DNA from: an uncultured Gammaproteobacteria bacterium
GTDB taxonomy: Bacteria; Patescibacteriota; Patescibacteriia; Patescibacteriales; UBA12465
Assembly (NCBI GenBank): GCA_964616855.1
Contig: CAZTUJ010000001.1
Coordinates: 524,784-588,783 of the forward strand
Direction: 5' to 3'
DNA length: 64,000 nucleotides
The translations under genes were made by a program, and so were the position numbers. Positions 34,971-45,246 of the stretch are shown piece by piece. Under the pieces are notes generated by a model. It saw nothing but the letters and a program-made list of their open reading frames with translations, was not told the origin of the DNA and searched no databases. The stretch's first letter is position 1, and each line of letters starts with the position of its first letter.

Positions 34971-35474
34971 CTAAAGCTGAGAAGCCGCCTGTTTAATAAT
35001 TTCTAAACTGCCGGCACTACCAAGATGATTATAAAATTTCAGTCCTTCCAGTTTATCCAAATCCAGCCAAGTAGCTAAACCCAAATAACTCTTCTCCGCT
35101 TCATCAAAATTAGCGGTTGATAATTCACCGCCAATTTGAGTGACTAAAAAATGTAACAAAACGCAATTCCAATAAACAGAGGTCTCTCCTGAGCGAGGCC
35201 GAGGTGCATAAAAAGAAGTGCAAGCCTTAACAATTTTACCAACTTCTACTTCCAAGCCAGTTTCTTCCCAAAATTCCCGCCGCAAAGCTTCTTCTAAATC
35301 TTCTTCAATCTTGATACCACCACCGGGAAAATCATAACCGTCCCACTGCGGAGAAAGCAGGATTTTACCCTCACGGATTAAGAGGCCATAAACGGAAGGT
35401 CGAAATTGTAATTTAGAGGCGGGCACCAGCAATTCTTCCCCGCGGACATTATGACATAAAATTTCTTTGGCCAT
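34971..35474 (-). CDS. NUDIX hydrolase
   Basis: 167 aa. Nudix box GGGIKIEEDLEEALRREFWEETG. Confidence 0.85.
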   Translation of the reverse strand: MAKEILCHNVRGEELLVPASKLQFRPSVYGLLIREGKILLSPQWDGYDFPGGGIKIEEDLEEALRREFWEETGLEVEVGKIVKACTSFYAPRPRSGETSVYWNCVLLHFLVTQIGGELSTANFDEAEKSYLGLATWLDLDKLEGLKFYNHLGSAGSLEIIKQAASQL

Positions 35475-35493
35475 AGATATAAAAATAATTTTA

Positions 35494-36363
35494 CTACTTC
35501 AGCTTCTTTACCCAAGCACGAATCATAGGCGCCAGCTTATTTTCATAACCAGCAAAGCTATGAATCGCTCCGGCAATAACCTTAATCTGATTATGACGAG
35601 ATTTGCCTAATATTTTTTCAAACCAAGCCGCAATCTCTAAAGCCGGGCGATCACCAAATTCATCCGCTTCCGCTAAAACGGTAAAAAGCGGTTTTTTTAC
35701 GGCCTGCAAAGCAAAAGGCTTGCGGCCAGAAGCATAGGTAAAAATTTCCTCTTGGCTTTTAGCGGTATACAAACTTAAAAATCTCTGTGCATCTAAAGGT
35801 GTTGGCCAAAGCCCAGTCGGCAACAAAGCGTGCGGTTTGCCCATCCGCTTCAATCTCTCCGCCGCCGCTAAGGCCCGGCGGTAATCTGGCTGATCAAGCT
35901 TAGCAACGACATCAGAGTAGTCGCTAATCGGAGCCAAGAGAATTGCCCCTTGAACACGGGAACGGGGACGCTTAGCTAAATAATAAATACTCTTCTGACA
36001 ACCAGTGGAATGACCCAGTAAAAAAATATTTTTTACACCCCGCTGACGAGCATAGGCCACCACGCCATCTAAGTCATCTAAGCATTCAGTAAAAACTTCA
36101 TGGGCGACGCCACCAAGCAGACTACCCGTTTTCCCCTTCTTCCTTGTCCAGAAATAATTAATCGTACCCGAGCCCCGATTATTAAAAGTAAAAACAGCGT
36201 CTTTACCTTTACCCAGAGCCATTGACAAAGCCGCCCGGGAAAAGAGGCTACCACCCAAGCCATGGACTAAGATATAGAGATTATCCGGCTGAGAGCTTCC
36301 CAACCAAACGCCCTTAAGCTCTATTTTCTTGGGCGTTAAAAAAGAAACTAAAATATTGTTCAT
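35494..36363 (-). CDS. Alpha/beta hydrolase (DUF1749-like)
   Basis: 289 aa. HGLGG oxyanion region and GHSTG nucleophile elbow. Confidence 0.75.
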   Translation of the reverse strand: MNNILVSFLTPKKIELKGVWLGSSQPDNLYILVHGLGGSLFSRAALSMALGKGKDAVFTFNNRGSGTINYFWTRKKGKTGSLLGGVAHEVFTECLDDLDGVVAYARQRGVKNIFLLGHSTGCQKSIYYLAKRPRSRVQGAILLAPISDYSDVVAKLDQPDYRRALAAAERLKRMGKPHALLPTGLWPTPLDAQRFLSLYTAKSQEEIFTYASGRKPFALQAVKKPLFTVLAEADEFGDRPALEIAAWFEKILGKSRHNQIKVIAGAIHSFAGYENKLAPMIRAWVKKLK

Positions 36364-36421
36364 AAAAAAATTAATAAAAGCTCTAATAATTATAAACTAT
36401 AAATCTCCTTAAAGCCATAAC

Positions 36422-36449
36422 AAAAAACCGCCACGGTGACCGTGGCGGT
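36422..36449 (-). terminator. Terminator of the DEAD-box helicase gene
   Basis: Minus strand: ACCGCCACGG-UCA-CCGUGGCGGU followed by UUUUUUG. Confidence 0.75.
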
Positions 36450-36456
36450 TTGGCAA

Positions 36457-38319
36457 CTATTTTCTTTTGAAACGAGGAGTAAATGATTTAGCTCGGAAAG
36501 CAGGGCGAGCCGGACGGGCGGGACGTGGAGTCTCACCATCAACAGCACTCACCGCCGCTCGACCGGCACCACTCTTAAACACCTTAAAACCGGAAGAGCG
36601 CACACCAACATTACGCTCATGAAAATTATCAGCCGAACGGACAGGGGCTGTTTTCCTAACAACTCTTTCCGGTCCGCGTGCCGGCGCAGCTTTATAAGGA
36701 GCGCGTGGAGTCACGGGACGCCCCTTGGCCTCTTCTTTTAAGAGATACATCGCGCGACGGAAAGCAAAGCGATTACCACCATCAAAACTAGGATTAACAA
36801 TCGGCGGAACAGAGGCGGACTCAAAGCGAGCCGGCCGTTTATTAGTCCTCAGTGGTCGCGGGGACTCCTCAAAACCTTGAGGACGGACGCGAGGCGAACG
36901 GGACTGAGAGTCAAATCTTTCTGAACGCTGGCTGCGCGGGGCTTCGCTACGGGCACGGCGAGGCTGTAAATAGTCGGGAGTTTCAGTGGGATCAATGACT
37001 GTCGGGCGCTTACGGAAACCAAGGCTACTGTGACGAGTATCAGCTACGGCCTCAACTCTAACATTACTCTGAACAAATTTTTTGACCGGCTGAGCAGGAC
37101 GGGCTTTACCCATACTGACCGCGGAACGGACCGGCGGGCGGCTAGGAGCGGCGGGACGAGAGAAATTAGGTCGATTAGCACCAGAAGAACCCATGGTTGT
37201 AACCATTAAATTCTGACGGATTAAACGTTCAATTTTCTGAATTTCTCGACGCTGATCCGGGGCGACAAACGAAATGGCCTTCCCTTTCTTACCCGCTCTA
37301 GCGGTACGGCCAATACGATGAACGTAGTCTTCGGAATTATCGGGTAAATCAAAATTTAAAACCAACTCGATACCGTTAATATCCAAACCACGAGCGGCTA
37401 CGTCGGTGGCTACTAAGATGCGGTGTTGACCGCTCCGGAAACCGGCTAAGGAAGCCTGACGCTGAGCAAAGGAAAGATTGGAATGAATTTCGGCGGCTTT
37501 AAATTTTTCTAATTGTAATTTCTTGGCCAATTTAGAAGCACCGTGCTTGGTGCGGACGAAAATTAAAACTGATTCTTTATAGATGGATAAAAGTCTTAAC
37601 AACTGCCCCCAGCGATCATCGCGGGACAAGATATACATTTCTTGTTCGACTAAATCAGCGGTGGTACCAGCCGGAGCCACTTCCACGCGAACCGGAGTGC
37701 GCAAATGTTTTTCTGCCAACTTCATCACCGCTACCGGCATGGTGGCGGAAAACAATAAAGTCTGTCTTTCGGCGGGTACGCGCTTTAAGACCTCTTCAAT
37801 CTGCGGGGCAAAGCCCATATCAAACATCATATCGGCTTCGTCTAAAACTAAAACCGAGATGTCATCTAAATGGACAGAACCGCGCTTGAGGTGATCAATT
37901 AAGCGACCAGGGGTGGCCACTAAAATGTGCGGGCGACGACGCAAAGCAATTAATTGCCGGCTAATGGCTTCACCGCCGATAAGGGAGACCGTACGCAAAC
38001 CTAAAGGTCCGCCTAAAGTCCGTAAGCTGTTTTCTACTTGACCGGCCAATTCTCTGGTCGGCAAAAGGACCAGGCCGCGGCCTTTAAGTAAGGCCAGGCG
38101 CTGGAGCATAGGAATACCAAAAGCAAAAGTTTTGCCAGTTCCCGTTTGGGCAATGCCCACGATGTCTTCGCCGCTTAAAGCAGCCGGAATAGCCTGATGC
38201 TGAATGGGGGTAGGAATAGTCAGGCCGAGATCGGCGATGACTTGTAAAATAGAGTCCTTGATGCCTAAACCGGAAAAATCGAGAATGGCGCCCGGAGTCT
38301 TGAGTTCATTTTTTGACAT
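36457..38319 (-). CDS. DEAD-box ATP-dependent RNA helicase with a long Arg/Pro/Ser-rich C-terminal tail
   Basis: Q motif, AQTGTGKT, DEAD, SAT and HRIGRTARAG motifs. About 230 aa of basic low-complexity tail. Start set at MSKNELKT (38319); the track's longer N-terminus looks non-coding. Confidence 0.9.
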   Translation of the reverse strand: MSKNELKTPGAILDFSGLGIKDSILQVIADLGLTIPTPIQHQAIPAALSGEDIVGIAQTGTGKTFAFGIPMLQRLALLKGRGLVLLPTRELAGQVENSLRTLGGPLGLRTVSLIGGEAISRQLIALRRRPHILVATPGRLIDHLKRGSVHLDDISVLVLDEADMMFDMGFAPQIEEVLKRVPAERQTLLFSATMPVAVMKLAEKHLRTPVRVEVAPAGTTADLVEQEMYILSRDDRWGQLLRLLSIYKESVLIFVRTKHGASKLAKKLQLEKFKAAEIHSNLSFAQRQASLAGFRSGQHRILVATDVAARGLDINGIELVLNFDLPDNSEDYVHRIGRTARAGKKGKAISFVAPDQRREIQKIERLIRQNLMVTTMGSSGANRPNFSRPAAPSRPPVRSAVSMGKARPAQPVKKFVQSNVRVEAVADTRHSSLGFRKRPTVIDPTETPDYLQPRRARSEAPRSQRSERFDSQSRSPRVRPQGFEESPRPLRTNKRPARFESASVPPIVNPSFDGGNRFAFRRAMYLLKEEAKGRPVTPRAPYKAAPARGPERVVRKTAPVRSADNFHERNVGVRSSGFKVFKSGAGRAAVSAVDGETPRPARPARPAFRAKSFTPRFKRK

Positions 38320-38488
38320 AAAAATAAGCGGCTGGGGATTATCAGCCACTTCAACGATTATAAGATAATTAATGGAGAAGCATATTCTGCTTTCAATATA
38401 ACACAAAAACTCAAAATAAGTCAAATCACTGCCAAGATATTGCCTTAAAGCCGGGCTTAGCTTATGATAAGCGTATATTGATAAACAT

Positions 38489-38989
38489 ATGCAAGTACCA
38501 ATTAGAAAAGGCGATGCCCGCCTCTTTAGCCCCTTAGACTATCATCTCAGCCCGGAAAAATACCGGGAATTAGAGGAGTCTTTAAAAAAACTACTCAGCC
38601 GCCGGCCCAAAGAAGCAGCTGAAGTCAAACGCCTCGCCGAAATGGGTGACTTTTCTGAAAACGCCGGCTACCAGCTAGCCAAGGGTCGACTGCGCGGTTT
38701 AAACCAAAGAATTTTAGATATTGAAAATCTTCTTAAGAAAGCCGAGATTGTGATTGCCGACACGGATACCAGTGTGGTTAAAGTCGGCCATCGCGTCCTC
38801 TTGTCGGTGGGCGGTCAAGAAAAAAGCTATACCATTCTTGGCGCCAGCGAAAGTAATCCCTCCACCGGCATCATCTCCCATAATTCTCCTTTAGGCGCGG
38901 CCTTGCTCGGCCGTCGTCCCGGCGATACGATTAAACTACCGGTCAACGGCCAGGAGAAAATCTACAAACTTATCAAAATCGAAGCCTAG
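38489..38989 (+). CDS. greA: Transcription elongation factor GreA
   Basis: 166 aa. Coiled-coil region with GDFSENAGY and a C-terminal FKBP-like domain (ISHNSPLGAALLGRRPGD). Confidence 0.9.
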   Translation: MQVPIRKGDARLFSPLDYHLSPEKYRELEESLKKLLSRRPKEAAEVKRLAEMGDFSENAGYQLAKGRLRGLNQRILDIENLLKKAEIVIADTDTSVVKVGHRVLLSVGGQEKSYTILGASESNPSTGIISHNSPLGAALLGRRPGDTIKLPVNGQEKIYKLIKIEA

Positions 38990-38995
38990 ACACCT

Positions 38996-40771
38996 ATGCC
39001 CATCCTCCTGCAAGCCAGCAATCTCAGTAAAGAATATAGCGGCCAGAATATTTTTTCTGGCCTGTCTTTTGCTGTTTCCGAAAAACAGAAAATTGGAGTC
39101 ATTGGCCGCAACGGCGCCGGTAAATCTACTCTCTTTCGTATCCTAAGCCAGGAAGAACAAGCAGATAGCGGTGAAATTATTATCCATGCGGAAACGAATA
39201 TTGGCTATCTCCAGCAAACTGAAGATTGGCGAGCCGGAGAAAGTGCTCTCGCCTACCTACAAAGACAGAGCGGTCGGCCGGAATGGCGGGCCCGCCAAGT
39301 AGCGAGTAAATTTGAATTGAGAAATGAAAGACTAGAACAGGAAGCGAGTAGTCTTTCTGGCGGTTGGCGCATGCGCTTGCGTCTGACCGCCATGCTTTTA
39401 AAAGACCCTAACATTTTCCTACTAGACGAACCGAGTAACTATTTAGACCTCAATACCATCTTACTGTTAGAAAATTATCTCCGCGCCTATCGCGGCAGTT
39501 TTCTCATCATCTCCCATGACCGCGAATTTCTGAAGCGTACCTGCAAAGAAACAATAGAAATTTCTAAAAGCGGTTGCTATCATTATCCCGGTAACATTGA
39601 AGCCTATCTTGCCTTTAAAGAACAAAAACTCAACGCTCTTATTAAGGCTAATGAAAGTCTAGAGCGTCAGCAGGAACACTGGCAAGACTTTGTTGATCGC
39701 TTCCGCTTCAAAGCCTCTAAGGCCAAGCAGGCCCAAGCGATGGTGCGTAAGATTAATAAGCTGGAAGAAAAACGCATCACCATTGAACACCGTGCCGGTA
39801 TCACCCGCATCAGCATTCCGCCCGTTCCCAAAAAAAGTAATTTTGCTTTAAAGATAAATAATTTGGATATCGGCTACGGCGAACAAGTAGTGGTTAAGGA
39901 TATTGATTTTGACTGCCGGGCCGGAGAAAAACTCGCCATCTTAGGCCTCAACGGCCAAGGTAAGACTACCCTGATTAAAACTCTCACCGGCCGCATCCCC
40001 ACCCTGAGTGGTTCTTTCCGTTTTGCCGCCAACAGCCGCTTTGCCTATCACGGTCAGGAAGAAATGGAAAAGATGGATGGCCAAGAACAAGCCGGCGACT
40101 TCCTGCGTCGCTCCGCTGCCGCTGATCTTAAAACTGAGGCTGTTTTGAAAATGGCTGGCGACTTTCTCTTCCGAGATGAAGATTTAAAAAAACCGATTGC
40201 CGTCCTTTCCGGCGGAGAACGCTCCCGCCTGCTGCTAGCCGCCCTCCTTCTTTCTAAACCTGATATTCTAATTCTGGATGAACCCACCTGCCACCTAGAC
40301 TTTGAAACCACTGAAGCCCTAGCTTTCGCTTTGCAAAAATTCGCCGGCACCATTCTCTTTGCCAGCCATGACCGCACCTTCTCCAGCCTCGTGGCCACCG
40401 GCGTCGTGGAAATAAAAAACGGACGCGCTCAGCGCCGCCATGAAGATTATGGTGATTTCGTTGCCCGTTTAGAAAAAGAATTATGGCGCGAAACCCTGAC
40501 AGAAACGGCGCCAATTACCGATAAGGCTCAAGATCAAAAACGCTATCAAGAGAATAAAGCCCGCCAGAAAAAAATCCAAGCCCTAGAAAGAGACTTGGAA
40601 AAATTACAACAATATAAACAAGAGTTGCTCGCCTATTTCCTGGAACACTATCAGGACTATCAACCGCAAAAGGCACAAGAACTCGAAGATGTAAAACGGA
40701 TGATTATCGACAAAGAAGACCTCTGGCTAGAGCTAAATGCCGAAATAGAAGCAGAAAAGAATTTAAACTAA
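38996..40771 (+). CDS. ABC-F family ATPase (translation-factor-type; no TM domain)
   Basis: 591 aa. Two ABC cassettes (GRNGAGKST / GLNGQGKTT; LSGGWRMR / LSGGERSR), an inter-domain linker and a charged C-terminal coiled coil. Confidence 0.9.
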   Translation: MPILLQASNLSKEYSGQNIFSGLSFAVSEKQKIGVIGRNGAGKSTLFRILSQEEQADSGEIIIHAETNIGYLQQTEDWRAGESALAYLQRQSGRPEWRARQVASKFELRNERLEQEASSLSGGWRMRLRLTAMLLKDPNIFLLDEPSNYLDLNTILLLENYLRAYRGSFLIISHDREFLKRTCKETIEISKSGCYHYPGNIEAYLAFKEQKLNALIKANESLERQQEHWQDFVDRFRFKASKAKQAQAMVRKINKLEEKRITIEHRAGITRISIPPVPKKSNFALKINNLDIGYGEQVVVKDIDFDCRAGEKLAILGLNGQGKTTLIKTLTGRIPTLSGSFRFAANSRFAYHGQEEMEKMDGQEQAGDFLRRSAAADLKTEAVLKMAGDFLFRDEDLKKPIAVLSGGERSRLLLAALLLSKPDILILDEPTCHLDFETTEALAFALQKFAGTILFASHDRTFSSLVATGVVEIKNGRAQRRHEDYGDFVARLEKELWRETLTETAPITDKAQDQKRYQENKARQKKIQALERDLEKLQQYKQELLAYFLEHYQDYQPQKAQELEDVKRMIIDKEDLWLELNAEIEAEKNLN

Positions 40772-41134
40772 AGGCAAAGAAGCGACGGCACCCTGCAAAG
40801 CCCGCAAGCCGATTAAAGCACACTTTTGTCGCCGGAAACTAATTTCAATTCCCAATAATTGCTGTAAGGATTCCTGATTCATAGCCAAAATATCCGCTGG
40901 AGTCTTGCCTAGAAAAAATTCACTTAAGATAGAAGCAGTAGCGGTAGAGATAGCACAACCCTGACCCTCAAAGGAGATGGCCTCAATCAGGCCATCTTTT
41001 AATTTTAGATAAACTTTAAAATCATCACCACAACTACGATTGAGCTCATGAAAAGAAGCGTCAGCCGCAGCTAAGGCCCCGCGATGACGTGGTCGCTGGT
41101 AGTGGTCTAAAATGTTACGCGCGTAGATATCCAT
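40763..41134 (-). CDS. sufU: SufU/IscU-like Fe-S cluster scaffold/sulfur acceptor
   Basis: Three conserved Cys contexts (NRSCGD, GQGCAIS, RRQKCA). Start set at MDIYARNILDHY (41134), 1 nt after the sufS stop. Its 3' end overlaps the convergent ABC-F gene by 9 nt. Confidence 0.85.
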   Translation of the reverse strand: MDIYARNILDHYQRPRHRGALAAADASFHELNRSCGDDFKVYLKLKDGLIEAISFEGQGCAISTATASILSEFFLGKTPADILAMNQESLQQLLGIEISFRRQKCALIGLRALQGAVASLPLV

Positions 41135-41135
41135 A

Positions 41136-42347
41136 TTAATGCTGAAACGATTTTCTGATCTCACTTAAAGTCGAGAAGAAATAATCAATTTCTGCTTCTG
41201 TATTATAAAAAGCTAAACTGGCACGCAGACTAGCACTGATACCCAAAGAATCATGGAGCGGCTGAGCACAATGATGGCCAGCGCGGGTGACAATCCCCTG
41301 CTCACCGAGCAAGTCAGCGGCATCATGGGGGTGCAAACCATCAATCACTAAAGAAAATAAAGGTAAACGATTTTCCCTCCCGCCCAAAAGCCGCAGCCAA
41401 GGATAAGAAGCTAACTTCTCTAAAAAATAATTACTCAATTCCTGCTCACATTTAAAAATTTCTGCCCGGCCGATAGTTTGCAAGTAGCGACAGGCTGTTC
41501 CCAGAGCAATCGCGCCTTCGATATTAGGGGTGCCGGCTTCAAATTTAGTCGGACCAGTCTCCACCGAAAAAGAATCAGCTTTAACTTCAGTAATCATACC
41601 GCCACCGCCTAAAAAAGGCGGCATAGATAAAAGCACTTCGCTCCGAATATAAAGGACACCGACACCACTAGGAGCAAATAATTTATGGCCGGAAAAAACT
41701 AAAAAATCACAGTCAAGCTGACGAACATTAATCTCGTGATGAACAACACTTTGAGCAGCGTCAACTAAAGTCAGGACGCCCCGCGCTTTCGCGGACGCTA
41801 AAATATTTTTAAGTTCATAAAACTGCCCCAAGACATTGGAGACTTGGGTAATTGCCAACAAGCGCAAGCGCGGACAAGCCAGGACAGCCGCTAAGCTATC
41901 CGCATCAAAAGTGCCATCCTCTTGCAATTCAATATACTGTAACTTAATTTGGCGCTTCGCTTGCAGTTGCAGCCAAGGCACAATATTAGCGTGATGTTCC
42001 GCTCGCGTTAAGGCAATGACATCACCGGCCTGCAAATTTTCTTCTCCCCAAGACCGTGCCACCAAATTAATCCCAGCAGTTGTTCCAGACGTGAAAATAA
42101 TTTCCTCAGTATCAGCGCCAATAAAGTCAGCCACGCGCCGGCGCGCTTCCTCGTAGAGTAAAGTTGCTTCTTCGGCTAAAAAATTAGGACCACGGTGAAT
42201 ATTGGCATTATGGTGCAAATAATAATCATTAAGGGCGTCTAAAACGACCTGCGGTTTCAAAGCGGTGGCAGCATTATCAAAATAGACCAAGTCTTTATCT
42301 TGATAACGGCGAGCGAGCATGGGAAAGTCAGCACGATAGTTTTTCAT
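41136..42347 (-). CDS. sufS: Cysteine desulfurase SufS (class V aminotransferase)
   Basis: 403 aa. PLP-Lys context (FSGHKLFAPSGVG) and catalytic loop (RAGHHCAQPL). Confidence 0.95.
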   Translation of the reverse strand: MKNYRADFPMLARRYQDKDLVYFDNAATALKPQVVLDALNDYYLHHNANIHRGPNFLAEEATLLYEEARRRVADFIGADTEEIIFTSGTTAGINLVARSWGEENLQAGDVIALTRAEHHANIVPWLQLQAKRQIKLQYIELQEDGTFDADSLAAVLACPRLRLLAITQVSNVLGQFYELKNILASAKARGVLTLVDAAQSVVHHEINVRQLDCDFLVFSGHKLFAPSGVGVLYIRSEVLLSMPPFLGGGGMITEVKADSFSVETGPTKFEAGTPNIEGAIALGTACRYLQTIGRAEIFKCEQELSNYFLEKLASYPWLRLLGGRENRLPLFSLVIDGLHPHDAADLLGEQGIVTRAGHHCAQPLHDSLGISASLRASLAFYNTEAEIDYFFSTLSEIRKSFQH

Positions 42348-43108
42348 AAACGGGCAGAAATTAAAGATAAAATTTCGGCAGACAACTCATTATCACCCAA
42401 GCCTTTGACAAAATTACGGCTAAGCGATAAGGCAAATAATTTTTGCGCCGCTTCTGGACTCAAACCCCGGCTGCGCAGATAAAATAAATCTTCTTTGGAT
42501 AATTGAAAAGTGCTGGCACTATGACCAGCCCGGACATCATTAGCGGCAATATTTAAACCGGGAATCAATTGACCACGGGCGGCCTTACTGGCTAAACGCA
42601 AGCGCATATCCACCCGAGTATCACTCTGCTGAGCAGTCGCTAACACATTAAGATCAGCGTCATAGCGTAGACGTGAGTCACCATCAAGCCAAGCATCCAC
42701 CTGCACCCGGCCGAAACTTCCTCGCCCGGCAAAATCATAACTTGCTTTTACCTCCAGACTGTCCTGCTCCCAACCCAAAAACAAAGAATGACTTTCAATC
42801 TTCGCCCGGTCAGCTAAGTAGTATTGAAGTTGCCAAGTACCGCTCTTGGCTTCTAAAAATAAATAATAGGTCTGTAGAACCGCCCCCGCCTCTAAGTGCC
42901 AAGAGCGGCGAATCTTTTCTAAAGACACTCCCTGCTCCACTAAGAGGAGATAGCGAGCGTGAGCGTTTTCCGCCAGTGTAAAATTTCGCTCGGGTAGACA
43001 GGCGTCTTTACCCAGCCTTTCCAATAAAAAAGTATCGTCACCAGCCTCCAGTTTAATTGTTGTTTCTGTTTGTAAATTGATTAAGCTTTGCATAAAATTA
43101 ACCGACAC
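42344..43108 (-). CDS. sufD: Fe-S assembly protein SufD (short form)
   Basis: 254 aa. C-terminal SufBD beta-helix signature (DVRAGHSASTFQLSKEDLFYLRSRGL). Lies between sufB and sufS. Confidence 0.85.
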   Translation of the reverse strand: MSVNFMQSLINLQTETTIKLEAGDDTFLLERLGKDACLPERNFTLAENAHARYLLLVEQGVSLEKIRRSWHLEAGAVLQTYYLFLEAKSGTWQLQYYLADRAKIESHSLFLGWEQDSLEVKASYDFAGRGSFGRVQVDAWLDGDSRLRYDADLNVLATAQQSDTRVDMRLRLASKAARGQLIPGLNIAANDVRAGHSASTFQLSKEDLFYLRSRGLSPEAAQKLFALSLSRNFVKGLGDNELSAEILSLISARL

Positions 43109-44492
43109 TATTTTCCATTTCTAATTCCACCATCCGATTCATTTCCACCGAATATTCCAAGGGCAACTCTTTGGTAATTGGTTCAATAAAGCCGTTAACC
43201 ACCATGGCCGCCGCTTCCGCTTCTTTCAAGCCGCGACTGCGCAGATAGAAAAGATCTTCGGCATTAATTTTGCCGGCACTAGCTTCATGAGCAATCGTGG
43301 CGCTGGCATTATTAATCTTCATCACCGGAATCGTATCGGAAATTGAGAATTCATCGAGCAATAGAGCGTCACATTTAACGGAGACGGCCGCGTCTTCGGC
43401 GCCTGGACCGACTTCCACCAAACCGCGATAAACGGACTTCCCTCCGTTTTTGCTAATACTCTTCATGACAATATTAGAAGTGGTGCGTGGCGCGACATGG
43501 ATAACCTTGGCTCCAGTATCTTGAATCTGTCCTTGATTAGCAAAGGCCACACCGAGGTGATCGGCGCTCGCCCCTTCTCCGACCAAAATCGAACAAGGAT
43601 AGAGCATCGTGGTATTACTACCAAAATTACCCCCCACCCATTCCATGTGGGCTTTCTTTTCGACAATCGCTCTTTTCGTATTGAGATTATAGGCATCTTT
43701 ACTCCAGCTTTCAACACTACTGTAGCGGAAACGAGCCCCTTCTTTAACATAAATTTCGACACCGCCGGCGTGAAGAGAATCAACGCCGTAGCGCGGAGCA
43801 CTACAACCTTCAATATAATGAGCTTGGGCGCCGCTCTCCACAATAATTAAGGTATGTTCAAACTGACCCATACCTTTAGCATTCATGCGGAAATAGGCTT
43901 GTAAGGGTTCTTTGATTTTTACCCCTGCCGGAATATATAAAAAAGTACCGCCGCTCCAAACCGCTCCATGTAAAGCCGCAAACTTATGTAAAGACACGGG
44001 CATGGCTTTCATAAAATAAGGCTGCACCAGCTCTGGATATTTCTTCACCGCGACATCTAAATCTTCAAAAATTACGCCTTGTCTTTTAAATTCTGCCTTG
44101 AGGCTATGATAAACCACGGTCGACTCATATTGGGCTCCGACCCCGGCTAGTACCTCCTGCTCGGCTTTAGGAATACCCAACTTATCAAAAGTATTTTTAA
44201 TATCGATAGGCACATCATCCCAAGATTGCGCTTGTCCCTCCATCGCCTTAGCGTAATAGGTAATCTTATCAAGATCCAAACGGGAAAGATCTGGACCCCA
44301 AGTCGGTAAAGGCATTTCTTTAAAAATCGCCAAAGCCGCCAAACGACGCGTGAGCATCCATTCCGGTTCTTCTTTCTCTAAAGAAATTCGCCGCACTAAA
44401 GCTTCATCCACCCCGCTTTTAGCGCTGCGCATGTACTCCGAGGGATTATATTCATCCCAAAGGGAGTCGTTTGTTTTTAAATCTTCCGCCAT
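43098..44492 (-). CDS. sufB: Fe-S assembly protein SufB
   Basis: 464 aa. Conserved SufB sequence throughout (e.g. GGNFGSNTTMLYPCSIL, ATIAHEASAGKINAEDLFYLRSRGL). Confidence 0.95.
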   Translation of the reverse strand: MAEDLKTNDSLWDEYNPSEYMRSAKSGVDEALVRRISLEKEEPEWMLTRRLAALAIFKEMPLPTWGPDLSRLDLDKITYYAKAMEGQAQSWDDVPIDIKNTFDKLGIPKAEQEVLAGVGAQYESTVVYHSLKAEFKRQGVIFEDLDVAVKKYPELVQPYFMKAMPVSLHKFAALHGAVWSGGTFLYIPAGVKIKEPLQAYFRMNAKGMGQFEHTLIIVESGAQAHYIEGCSAPRYGVDSLHAGGVEIYVKEGARFRYSSVESWSKDAYNLNTKRAIVEKKAHMEWVGGNFGSNTTMLYPCSILVGEGASADHLGVAFANQGQIQDTGAKVIHVAPRTTSNIVMKSISKNGGKSVYRGLVEVGPGAEDAAVSVKCDALLLDEFSISDTIPVMKINNASATIAHEASAGKINAEDLFYLRSRGLKEAEAAAMVVNGFIEPITKELPLEYSVEMNRMVELEMENSVG

Positions 44493-44502
44493 AATTAATA
44501 AT

Positions 44503-45246
44503 TTATTCCAGTCCTAAGAAACCTTCTTTCTCTAATTGCGCCGCTAATTCGGCCCCGCCGCTTTTAACAATCCGTCCGCCTGACATCACTAATACTTGAT
44601 CAGGTTTAATGTATTTTAAAACGCGCTGATAATGCGTCACCGCTAAAATACTAGTCTTCTCCGTTTTAAAACGGCTAAGAGCCTGACCGGCTACTTCTAA
44701 AGCATCAACGTCCAAGCCAGAATCAATTTCATCTAGAATGGCTAAGCGCGGAGATGCTAAAGCTAATTGCAAAAGCTCCGCCTTCTTCTTTTCCCCTCCG
44801 GAAAAATCTTGATTAAGGTGGCGAGAAGACCAATCCCCCTGGACTGATAAAGCCGCTAACTCCGTATCCAATTTTTCCTTAAAGGCAAATACGCTTTCAG
44901 CTTCTTCCCCCCGAGCAAGGTGCAAGGATTTATAGGCATCAAAAAGGAAAGGAAATAATTCCAAGCCCGCAATTTCCCGCGGCTCTTGAAAAGCTAAAAA
45001 TAAACCGGCAGCCGCTTTTTCTTCTGGCTTGGCCGCGGTAATATCTTGACCACGGAAAGTAATCTTACCACTCAGGATCTGATAGTCGGGATGCCCCATC
45101 AGGACATTAGCCAAAGTGCTTTTACCAGAACCATTGGGTCCCATGACAACTACACTCTCACCTTCGGCCACACTAAAGCTGACCTCATGCAAGATTTCTT
45201 TGTCACCGGCCGCTACGGTCAAATTTTCTACTACTAACATTTTCAT
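44503..45246 (-). CDS. sufC: Fe-S assembly ATPase SufC
   Basis: 247 aa. Walker A (GPNGSGKST), FSGGEKKK signature and ILDEIDSGLD. Confidence 0.95.
   Translation of the reverse strand: MKMLVVENLTVAAGDKEILHEVSFSVAEGESVVVMGPNGSGKSTLANVLMGHPDYQILSGKITFRGQDITAAKPEEKAAAGLFLAFQEPREIAGLELFPFLFDAYKSLHLARGEEAESVFAFKEKLDTELAALSVQGDWSSRHLNQDFSGGEKKKAELLQLALASPRLAILDEIDSGLDVDALEVAGQALSRFKTEKTSILAVTHYQRVLKYIKPDQVLVMSGGRIVKSGGAELAAQLEKEGFLGLE

Noticed and set aside
40054-40514. Antisense ORFs (114 aa and 86 aa, Arg/Ser/Trp-rich) inside the ABC-F gene, and similar ones inside sufB (43463..43850).
   Set aside because: They lie opposite well-conserved, confidently identified genes. Their composition is typical of shadow frames.
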